Assembly (NCBI GenBank): GCA_017609795.1
Contig: JAFCDH010000001.1
Coordinates: 1-52,934, forward strand
DNA from: Candidatus Pacearchaeota archaeon
GTDB lineage: Archaea; Nanobdellota; Nanobdellia; Pacearchaeales; GW2011-AR1
Direction: 5' to 3'
Length of the DNA stretch: 52,934 bases
The notes beneath the pieces were generated by a model. It did not search any database, was not told where the DNA came from, and saw only the letters and a list, made by a program, of their open reading frames with translations. Positions 43,567 to 51,205 of this stretch are shown one piece after another; the first letter of the stretch is position 1; each line of letters opens with the position of its first letter. The position numbers and the translations under genes were made by a program.

Positions 43567-44379
43567 TTATGCAGTCTTTGTGTATGTTATCAAATCTGTT
43601 TCAAATAAGTAAGTTTCTGGTTCACTCCAACTTGAAAGTGTTGCTTTTGCTTCTTCCTCATTACCTGGAATTAACCATAACTTAGCACCATTACAAACTT
43701 TTGCATTTGGATTAAATCCATTATCACAATAATCATCTCCTACATCTATTTCTAATGGTAAACTATCAATCTCATTTGAACCTTCAGATAATACAATTAC
43801 ATTAGCAATATTAGTTGCAAAATCATCACCTTCAGTATTTGGATAATATATTAAAGTATACCCTTCTGGAATTCCTGTTGCAATAAAATTAGTTCCAGTT
43901 ACACTATATGTAATTTCAGCAGTTTCACCAATATGTTCCCAAGTACTTGTATCTTTTTGAGTAAAGTATGCTATTGCAATTATGTCCCCTTCTCCTCTAG
44001 ATAAAATCACATTTCCACTAACTTCTCCAATTACACTTTCTGAGTCATAACATAATTCAATAGTTATTGTATTTATACCATTAGATAAGGTTTCTGTTCT
44101 TGGCATATCTGTTATAGCATAAGTAACTCCATTTGGATTTGAAGTCTCAACCCAATTTAATTGGATTGGTAAGTCACTATTTGCATCATTAGTAACATCA
44201 AATGATTTCTCAACACAATCTCCAACCACTCCTGAAAAATCTAATTCAACTGTTTCAGTAGACAAAGCTTCACTTACTGTAAATGTAACATTAATAGTTG
44301 CAAAATATATTGCTACTGCACTAACTAAAACAACAGCTAACAAAGGTAAAATTAATCCATATAATAATTTCTTTTTCAT
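43567..44379 (-). CDS. secreted beta-rich protein (weak TasA/camelysin-like N-terminus)
   Basis: Signal peptide then AIYFATINVTFTVSEAL. Confidence 0.55.
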   Translation of the reverse strand: MKKKLLYGLILPLLAVVLVSAVAIYFATINVTFTVSEALSTETVELDFSGVVGDCVEKSFDVTNDANSDLPIQLNWVETSNPNGVTYAITDMPRTETLSNGINTITIELCYDSESVIGEVSGNVILSRGEGDIIAIAYFTQKDTSTWEHIGETAEITYSVTGTNFIATGIPEGYTLIYYPNTEGDDFATNIANVIVLSEGSNEIDSLPLEIDVGDDYCDNGFNPNAKVCNGAKLWLIPGNEEEAKATLSSWSEPETYLFETDLITYTKTA

Positions 44380-44885
44380 TTTTTTTCTAAGCCTCCTTTC
44401 AGTGTCTCGCCCTCAGGCACATTTACTTTTTGAGTGTCTTGTTTTTCTGTTGGGATTGCATCTATACCCTTTTCTAAAATAGGTTTTAAATCTTCTTCTT
44501 TTTTAATAACCTTTGCTCCAATTATTTTATGTTTAAATTCTGTTTCATCTAAAATCCCCTGTGCTGATTTCTGTTTTAAATTATTCTTCTTTGCATATTT
44601 CATTGCTCTAATATCAGAACGAGTTGGAATCCCTGTTTTCTTTTTATGCCAAAACCTATGTTCTCCTGACCTTTCTATTTCTTTAATGTCTAAATAAAAA
44701 AAGATTATAAAACTAAAGATGGTTGTTATTATTTTAATTTTCAAACTTATCTTAGTAAAAAAAACAATATAGAGTAATAAAAAAAGAATTAAATACCTAT
44801 AAAAAGAAATACTCTTTAGAAATTTCTTTGGATTTATAAATTCATAATATATATACTGCCATAATATTTTTTTATCCCATTTCAT
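44376..44885 (-). CDS. membrane protein
   Basis: Track ORF, 2 TM. Confidence 0.5.
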   Translation of the reverse strand: MKWDKKILWQYIYYEFINPKKFLKSISFYRYLILFLLLYIVFFTKISLKIKIITTIFSFIIFFYLDIKEIERSGEHRFWHKKKTGIPTRSDIRAMKYAKKNNLKQKSAQGILDETEFKHKIIGAKVIKKEEDLKPILEKGIDAIPTEKQDTQKVNVPEGETLKGGLEKK

Positions 44886-44886
44886 T

Positions 44887-45072
44887 TTAATCTTTGCTCT
44901 TTTGTTTTTTTGTTCTTCTTTTAAATTTTCTAATTATTTCTAAATCTTTTAATGTAATTATTTTCCCACAATCTTTACATTTTATAGTTGGAGTAGATTT
45001 TTTTCCATGAGCATAATTCCTCTTTAATCTTCTATGATTACATCTTCTCCCAAATTTATTATTAAATTTCAT
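44887..45072 (-). CDS. basic zinc-ribbon-like small protein
   Basis: RRCNHRR...CKDCGK. Confidence 0.45.
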   Translation of the reverse strand: MKFNNKFGRRCNHRRLKRNYAHGKKSTPTIKCKDCGKIITLKDLEIIRKFKRRTKKQKSKD

Positions 45073-45377
45073 TACTTTTTCTTTAGTATAATATCTAATG
45101 TCGAGACTTTTGTTTTTTTATCTGTTTCTTTTCCATCTTTGTCTTTCTTGTTAAACTCTTCACTTCCGGTCTTTATGCTTTCTGTTTCTACTTCATCTTT
45201 CATAAATCTCTGAGTTATGATTTGTTCTACATCAATTGCTGCGTTCATGTTTTTCCCTCTTGCTGAAATCTGAACTTTTTCCTGTCCTTCTTTGAACTGC
45301 ATCTGAACTGCATTAACATATGCCATCAATGGTTTGCTTCCTATAAAAACAATGTTGTCTTTTTTTTCTTCAGTCAT
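45072..45377 (-). CDS. albA: Alba chromatin protein (Sac10b family)
   Basis: IGSKPLMAYV, ISARGKNMNAAIDVEQIITQRF and KVSTLDIILKKK align with the Sso10b hallmarks. Confidence 0.9.
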   Translation of the reverse strand: MTEEKKDNIVFIGSKPLMAYVNAVQMQFKEGQEKVQISARGKNMNAAIDVEQIITQRFMKDEVETESIKTGSEEFNKKDKDGKETDKKTKVSTLDIILKKK

Positions 45378-45408
45378 TTTTTGGTTTTTTGTTTATTTAA
45401 TTTACTCA

Positions 45409-45822
45409 TTATTCACCTTTCTTTTTCTTAGGATATAAATTTATTATTAGTAAAATAATTAAAGCTATTGTCATAATCCAAGCCCATATCTTATAAGATT
45501 TTTGGTTTTTTAATAATTTTATCTCTTGAATTTTTTCTCTAATCTTTCCATTTAAAGTAGCAACAACATAATTACATTCTCCAAGTTTTGTTATATCTGA
45601 TAATTCTTCACTTAATTTACAATCTGCTAATACATCGCTCCCACCCATAAATTCCTTTATACCTTCTTTTTCTTCCTGTGTTAGATTTTGTGTAGTCCAT
45701 ATTTTAGTCCTACCAGTTATCCCTTGTTCTGAATCATTATAAAAACAAGTTATCTCAAAAGAAGCTGAAGCTAAGTTTATTGAAATTATAAAAATAAATA
45801 AAATAAGTAAATAAATTTTCAT
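45409..45822 (-). CDS. secreted protein with C-terminal TM
   Basis: Track ORF extends to 45879 and overlaps the upstream gene; ATG at 45822 gives signal peptide MKIYLLILFIFIISINLASA. Confidence 0.55.
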   Translation of the reverse strand: MKIYLLILFIFIISINLASASFEITCFYNDSEQGITGRTKIWTTQNLTQEEKEGIKEFMGGSDVLADCKLSEELSDITKLGECNYVVATLNGKIREKIQEIKLLKNQKSYKIWAWIMTIALIILLIINLYPKKKKGE

Positions 45823-45823
45823 C

Positions 45824-46204
45824 TTATTCTGATTTTTCTTCTTTAGCTTCTTCTTTTTTCTCTTCTGAAGTTTCTTCACTTGTTTCTTCAGCCTTTGAAT
45901 CTTCTTCAGATTTCTCGGCTTCTGTTTCTGTTGTTTCTTCTTCTTGTGTTGTTTCGTCTTCTGCCATTTTTACCTCCTTTAATTTAATTTTAGTTTTATC
46001 TAAAATATCCCAAATATCTTTTTTTGAAATATCTGATTTTCCTTGATTCATTAAATATTTTCTTATCTCATCTCTCAATAGGTCTTCTTGGAATTCTTCT
46101 AAATCCTTTAGAACCCCTTTTGCTTTAAGTGTCCTATGATTATTTAATAAATCCCAAATCTTATCAACTTGTTCTTTTGTTATAATAAATTTTTCTTCAG
46201 TCAT
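45824..46204 (-). CDS. hypothetical protein with acidic E/T/K-rich tail
   Basis: Track ORF. Confidence 0.5.
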   Translation of the reverse strand: MTEEKFIITKEQVDKIWDLLNNHRTLKAKGVLKDLEEFQEDLLRDEIRKYLMNQGKSDISKKDIWDILDKTKIKLKEVKMAEDETTQEEETTETEAEKSEEDSKAEETSEETSEEKKEEAKEEKSE

Positions 46205-46206
46205 TT

Positions 46207-46335
46207 TTATTTCTCTTTCTTTTTGTCTAATTTTTCAATATGCCCACAAGTCTTACAAACCCTTTCATTAGTTTTAAATCTAATCCAGGTTTGAGTAGAA
46301 CCACATTTTTTACATCTTATTTTTTTATTTTCCAT
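46207..46335 (-). CDS. zinc-ribbon ORF (42 aa)
   Basis: Hand-translated MENKKIRCKKCGSTQ...CKTCGH. Confidence 0.4.
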   Translation of the reverse strand: MENKKIRCKKCGSTQTWIRFKTNERVCKTCGHIEKLDKKKEK

Positions 46336-46389
46336 TTTAATTCATATCCTAATTTTATTTTTTCCATTTCTTATTAAGTATTTTTTAGT

Positions 46390-46752
46390 TTATAAATGTT
46401 TTGTTTTTGTTTTTTTATATTCTTCTCTTAACTCACTAATATTCTCGTTCATCTTTTCTATATTGAAATCAAAAGTTCTTATTTGCCTCTGGAGTTTTCT
46501 TTTCTTAATCAATTCATTATAAATTTCCATTACTAAAGGATTAGATTTCTTTTCTACTATCTTATGGATTTTTTTTGTAAGAACCATTAAATTATCTAAG
46601 TCCTCGTTTCCCCCCTTCCGTTTTGGAACAATATGATGAACACTAAGATTCTTTTTGCTCAATGTAATTTCACAAAACCTTTCATCCTCAGGAAATAAGG
46701 AAATTAATTCTATTACAATTTTATCTCTCCCTCTTCTTTTTATAACTTTCAT
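46390..46752 (-). CDS. HNH endonuclease
   Basis: SVHHIVPKRKGGNEDLDNLMVLTKKIH. Confidence 0.65.
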   Translation of the reverse strand: MKVIKRRGRDKIVIELISLFPEDERFCEITLSKKNLSVHHIVPKRKGGNEDLDNLMVLTKKIHKIVEKKSNPLVMEIYNELIKKRKLQRQIRTFDFNIEKMNENISELREEYKKTKTKHL

Positions 46753-46753
46753 C

Positions 46754-47749
46754 TTAAAACATTTTATTTAATTCTTTATAAATCTCTTCTGAAGTAAATT
46801 TAACTATCCTTTTTCTTCCACCACCCCTTCCAAGATTTTTATGATAAGTTTCTATTACAGAATATTTTTCAAAAGTATTTAATAATTGAGAAATCCTAGC
46901 CTTAGAATAAAATTTCATTTTCTTTTCCAGATTCTCTGCAGTGGTTTCATTTTTCCAATCACAAGACCCTATAATATATCTTAAAAATTCTCTTTCTGTT
47001 TCATTAATATCATTAACAAAATCAAACCAATCTTGTTTTAACATTTGTTTATAAACATTGTCTATAAAGCTATGGGTAAAATTTCTTTTTTGAATACATT
47101 TAAGGGCTATATGGATTAATACTCTTGCAGAACCTTGCTGTCCTGCTATTGCAGAAATATAATTTAAAACCCCATCCTCAATCTTAGGTATCTTTGTTTT
47201 TATTTGTTTAATCCTTGAAATTAAAATATCTTTTAATTCTATAGAATTATAAGCAGGAAGACTTACTTTTTCAAAAAACAAAGTCTTTCTAGCATCTACA
47301 GGCATCTCAGAAATTATATTTCTTTTCATTGTTATAATAATTATTGGAATCATTGTGTTTCTATAAATTGTATTTAAATTATTAAACAATTGATTGACCC
47401 TGCTTATTTTATCTATCTCATCTATAATTAAAATGATTGGTTCTTCCTTAATCTTTTCTATTGTTCTTTTTAATAATTCCTCATTAGTTTTTATATTAAA
47501 ATTAAAGATTTTTTTTAAGGTCTTGTAAGGTGTTTGTGTTTCTAAACCAGAAACATAAATTGCATTATCTTGTTCTTCCAAAATCTTTTTTATAATGGTT
47601 GTTTTTCCACTCCCTGTAACACCTAATATTGCTAAATTAGTCCCACATTTATATTCTTTAAAATTAATAAAAACCTCCCTTATAACCTTCATTTGTTTGT
47701 CTCTATGTAAAATTTCTTTGGGTATATAAAAGTCTGATAATTCTAACAT
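46754..47749 (-). CDS. cdc6: Orc1/Cdc6 AAA+ replication initiator
   Basis: Walker A GVTGSGKTT, Walker B LIIDEIDK, C-terminal winged-helix-like region; adjacent ORB repeats. Confidence 0.85.
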   Translation of the reverse strand: MLELSDFYIPKEILHRDKQMKVIREVFINFKEYKCGTNLAILGVTGSGKTTIIKKILEEQDNAIYVSGLETQTPYKTLKKIFNFNIKTNEELLKRTIEKIKEEPIILIIDEIDKISRVNQLFNNLNTIYRNTMIPIIIITMKRNIISEMPVDARKTLFFEKVSLPAYNSIELKDILISRIKQIKTKIPKIEDGVLNYISAIAGQQGSARVLIHIALKCIQKRNFTHSFIDNVYKQMLKQDWFDFVNDINETEREFLRYIIGSCDWKNETTAENLEKKMKFYSKARISQLLNTFEKYSVIETYHKNLGRGGGRKRIVKFTSEEIYKELNKMF

Positions 47750-47792
47750 TAAACATTTAAAACACCAGAGTTTATAAATGTTTTGTTTAATT

Positions 47793-48065
47793 ATTTAAGT
47801 GTTTTACTATTCTTAAGTGTTTACATAAAATAATCATACGCGCGTGATTTAAGTGTTTGTGTTTCTAAGAAGAGTCAATCAACTCCCCTTAACACTTAAA
47901 TCACTCCCCTTAACACTTAAATCACGACATTTAAGTGTTCTTTATTATTATATTTGTTTATAAATTTTTATATTATATATTATATATATTGGAATTCCAA
48001 AATCAAAAAGTGTCGAATATAATAGTTAGTTATGGTGAATTAACAAGAACACTTAAATCACGCGC
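47793..48065. other. putative replication origin: 7 ORB-like repeats flanking an AT-rich DUE
   Basis: Core AACACTTAAAT(CAC) at 47891, 47912, 48048 (forward) and 47793, 47812, 47844, 47929 (reverse). Tandem 21-nt CTCCCCTTAACACTTAAATCA x2. 18-bp inverted repeat 47840-47857/48048-48065. Nearly pure A/T at 47941-47990. Confidence 0.7.
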
Positions 48066-48078
48066 ACGTAATTTTTCT

Positions 48079-48300
48079 TTAAATTTCAGCTTTCATACAA
48101 ATAATTCCAAATTCTTTCTTAAAATCATTTTCAATTTCTTCATCTGATTTTTTCTTATCCATTAATTTTAGAACAAATTTTCTTAAATATCTTATCATAT
48201 TATCTAATTTTTCATTTGCTTCATAATTAGTCAATCCTGATTGTTTATACTTCCAAAACAACATTTGCTTTTCTTCACCCTTTAAACTAAAACATGGCAT
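48079..48300 (-). CDS. hypothetical small protein (possible HTH)
   Basis: Track ORF. Confidence 0.4.
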   Translation of the reverse strand: MPCFSLKGEEKQMLFWKYKQSGLTNYEANEKLDNMIRYLRKFVLKLMDKKKSDEEIENDFKKEFGIICMKAEI

Positions 48301-48410
48301 CTTCCCCTTTTTGTATTTTACTTAATATTTCTAAACACCCCCCATTTAAATAACTTTTGTTAATGGTTAATGTTAGTTTATTTAAATGACAAAAACAGTC
48401 CGAAAAGTTA

Positions 48411-48857
48411 TTAATATCTGAAAACTGTCCGAATAGTCATTCTTTCTCCAAACCAAGTAGAATCTACAATTAAAGTATCTTCATTATCATTAAAAAACAA
48501 AGCAGAGATTTGTATTAATTTTTCTATAATAAATTTTGTGCTTTCATCATTATTTAATGTGCTTCTTGGAGGAACATAGCTAATTAATCCTTGCTCAAAC
48601 ATCCATTTTAAATCTGTCTGAGTTCTTCTGTAACTCATTCCATTATAAGACATCATACAAAGAGACTTTATTATATCTTTAAAATTTGATTTTGGTCTGC
48701 CAGTTATTTGTAATCGTTCAAAATTGAGGGGTTCGATAAAATCGCATAGATTTTGGATAAAATTTTGTTTTTCAGTTTCAAGAGTTAAAGTATTCTTCTG
48801 CAAAGCTATAACTGAATCTTGTTTCTGATGAATACTTAATTTTGTTTGAAGTTCCAT
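48411..48857 (-). pseudogene. truncated IS5-family-like transposase (N-terminal DUF772-like part only)
   Basis: GRPKSNFKDIIKSLCMMSYNGMSYRRTQTDL resembles the IS5/InsH N-terminal domain; no DDE domain follows. Confidence 0.4.
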
Positions 48858-48864
48858 ATAACTA

Positions 48865-48949
48865 TTGGTACCAACTACTATTTAAACTTATTGGTACCAA
48901 AACATATATATTCGTTGGTACCACAATATTTATATACTCTTGGTACCAA
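48865..48949. repeat. four TTGGTACCA(A/C) palindromic boxes at 24-26-nt spacing (iteron/operator array)
   Basis: Boxes at 48865, 48891, 48915, 48940, each followed by an A/T-rich TATA-like stretch; they fill the 101-nt divergent intergenic region. Confidence 0.75.
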
Positions 48950-48958
48950 TTAATAAGA

Positions 48959-49780
48959 ATGAGGCTTCAAAAACATAAGGTTAGAAAAAGTGGTGATAAA
49001 GAATATTACAAATGGGTTCTTGTTGTGCCACCCAATAGAATTGAACAACTTGGATGGAAAGAAGGAATTGAGTTGAAAGATGAAGTTAAAGGAGAATCTC
49101 TTTGCATACAACCTCTTTCTAAAGAAGAATTAAAAGGAATCCAGGAAAAACCTTTATACGATGATTTCAAGAAATCAATAAAGACCATCTTAGAGAGACA
49201 TCCAAAAGGATTAACTTGGACACAGATAAGAGACAAATTAAACTTTCCACAAAAATATCCAAACAATCAATGGGTAAAGAAGTTAGAAAAGGATATTGGA
49301 TTAAAGAGAATTAAAACTGGTGGAGATTTGTTCTGGAGCTCAGAAAATGAAACGATTTACACAATAGGTTATGAAGGATATACTATTGAGAAATTTATTA
49401 AAAAATTAAGAGACAGCAACATTCAGCAATTAATAGACGTAAGAGAGATTGCTCTTAGTAGAAAAAATGGATTTTCAAAAACAATTTTAAGTAAAAGTTT
49501 GAAAGATGCTGGAATAAAATATAAACACATTCCAGAACTTGGTTCTCCAAAGCAAGTAAGGCACCAGTTACATAAAGACTTAGATTATGAAAAATTCTTT
49601 AAGGAATATAAACAACATATCAATGACCCAGACATTTTAGATAATATCTCAGATATAGAAGGAAGGGCGAGAAGGAAAAAAACAGTTCTATTATGTTATG
49701 AAAGGGATTATAAAATATGCCATAGAAGCATCATAGCAGAAGAGCTTAAGAGAAGGGGGTGGAAGGTTAATCATCTATAA
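48959..49780 (+). CDS. AbrB/SpoVT-like + winged-helix + DUF488 protein
   Basis: Track ORF from 48842 runs through the repeat array; ATG at 48959. VLVVPPNRIEQLGWKEGIEL; IYTIGYEGYTIEKF..LIDVREIALSRKNGFSK..YKHIPELG..LLCYERDYKICHR. Confidence 0.7.
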   Translation: MRLQKHKVRKSGDKEYYKWVLVVPPNRIEQLGWKEGIELKDEVKGESLCIQPLSKEELKGIQEKPLYDDFKKSIKTILERHPKGLTWTQIRDKLNFPQKYPNNQWVKKLEKDIGLKRIKTGGDLFWSSENETIYTIGYEGYTIEKFIKKLRDSNIQQLIDVREIALSRKNGFSKTILSKSLKDAGIKYKHIPELGSPKQVRHQLHKDLDYEKFFKEYKQHINDPDILDNISDIEGRARRKKTVLLCYERDYKICHRSIIAEELKRRGWKVNHL

Positions 49781-49781
49781 A

Positions 49782-50537
49782 ATGGTATTATTAAAGAATT
49801 TAATAGTTATAGGTCAAGGAGCTCCAAACCAATTAAAAGATGGGAGACAATCGGTTTGTGTTTGTGCTTGTAAATTAGATAGCAAGGAATTGATAAGAAT
49901 ATATCCCGTCCCAATTGGTTGGTTAAGAAAATGGGATATTTTTGACGCAGAAGTTGAAAAAAATCCAAGAGACCATAGGGAAAATACCTGGAAAATAAAA
50001 AATTCTAAACAAGATTGGAAGAAAATTTATAAATGGATAGACAGAAAAGAGGAAAAGTATCCAGATAAAAATAAGGAGGGATTAATAAAATCAATTGGAT
50101 TTAGTGTATTAAGCGATTTGATTGATAACAAGAAGAGTTTTGGCATCATAAAGCCCAAGATAGAAAATTTCGAGCTTGAACAAAAAAATAAAAGCACCTC
50201 AAAACAATTAACACTAAATTTTGGAGATGAACAGGACTTAGATGAGCCATTCACAATTATTAATCAGAAAGACTATAAATTTAAACCATATGTAGCTTAT
50301 AAATGTGCAGGAAACTGTAAATGTAAAAAGAAAGTACACAGACAAAGCATTTCAGAATGGGGATGTTATGAATTTATGAGGAAAAATCCTGGAAAAGAAG
50401 AACAGCTAAAAGATAACCTTAGATTATTTGACCCTGAGTGGAATGTCTATCTTTTAGTCGGAAATATTCATAAAGCACCACAAACATATATTATCATTGA
50501 TATTTTAAGATTTAAAAAGAAGGAGTTTAAAAAATGA
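49782..50537 (+). CDS. hypothetical protein (operon partner, Cys cluster CAGNCKCKKK)
   Basis: Track ORF; 1-nt gap upstream, ATGA overlap downstream. Confidence 0.55.
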   Translation: MVLLKNLIVIGQGAPNQLKDGRQSVCVCACKLDSKELIRIYPVPIGWLRKWDIFDAEVEKNPRDHRENTWKIKNSKQDWKKIYKWIDRKEEKYPDKNKEGLIKSIGFSVLSDLIDNKKSFGIIKPKIENFELEQKNKSTSKQLTLNFGDEQDLDEPFTIINQKDYKFKPYVAYKCAGNCKCKKKVHRQSISEWGCYEFMRKNPGKEEQLKDNLRLFDPEWNVYLLVGNIHKAPQTYIIIDILRFKKKEFKK

Positions 50538-51205
50538 ATTTTAAACTTTCTCCTTCTACTCTTAATATTATGCAAGAATGTCCAAGATGTTTCTGTCTCT
50601 CTCAACATAATGTCTGGAAAAGACCACCATCAATTTTTCCATCACTCCCCTCTGGGATGGATAGAATCCTAAAAACACATTTTGATAAATTCAGAGATAA
50701 AGGCGAGCTTCCACCAGAACTTTGTGATAATTCTCATTGCAAGAACATTGATAATTCTCATTGCAAGAACATGAAACTATTTGATGATGTAGAGAAAATG
50801 AAAGTTTGGCAATCAAATTTTAAAGGTATAAGTTGGACAGATAAAAATGGAAACAAATTACATGGAGCTGTAGATAATATTTTAGTAAAAGGAAAGAAGC
50901 TTATTGTTTTAGATTACAAGACAAGAGGTTATGCTCTTAAGGAAGATACAGCAGAACATTATAGATTACAACAAAATATTTACAATTTCTTGTTAAGAAA
51001 AAACGACTATCAAACAGAAGATTATTTTTTCTTGTTATTTTATGTTCCAAAAGAGGTTATGCCAACAGGAGAAGTTATATTTGATACAGAATTAGTCAAG
51101 ATGAAAGTAGATGTTTCTCAGGCAGAGAAGACTTGGAAAAAAGCACTAAAACTTTTAAACTCTGATTGTCCAACTAAATCATGCGAATGGTGTGAAGGAA
51201 GATGA
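50534..51205 (+). CDS. Cas4/RecB-like PD-(D/E)xK nuclease with Fe-S-type cysteines
   Basis: N-terminal CPRC, HGAVDNI, VLDYKT, QQNIYNF, C-terminal CPTKSCEWC. Confidence 0.6.
   Translation: MNFKLSPSTLNIMQECPRCFCLSQHNVWKRPPSIFPSLPSGMDRILKTHFDKFRDKGELPPELCDNSHCKNIDNSHCKNMKLFDDVEKMKVWQSNFKGISWTDKNGNKLHGAVDNILVKGKKLIVLDYKTRGYALKEDTAEHYRLQQNIYNFLLRKNDYQTEDYFFLLFYVPKEVMPTGEVIFDTELVKMKVDVSQAEKTWKKALKLLNSDCPTKSCEWCEGR

Noticed and set aside
43567-44379. Firm TasA/camelysin (peptidase M73) assignment
   Set aside because: Only the post-signal segment AIYFATINVTFTV resembles SipW-type substrates. Nothing else can be verified by eye, so it stays a weak note.
32238-48949. CRISPR array among the three short-repeat loci (32238-32335, 47883-47925, 48865-48949)
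   Set aside because: The units are 11-22 nt with 3-17-nt or no spacers, and there are at most six copies. There are no cas genes apart from a solitary Cas4-like nuclease. The loci are better explained as regulatory, ORB or iteron repeats.
48842-48958. First 39 codons of track ORF 48842..49780
   Set aside because: The frame simply reads through the four TTGGTACCA boxes and overlaps the divergent transposase remnant. The ATG at 48959 precedes the recognisable AbrB-like domain.
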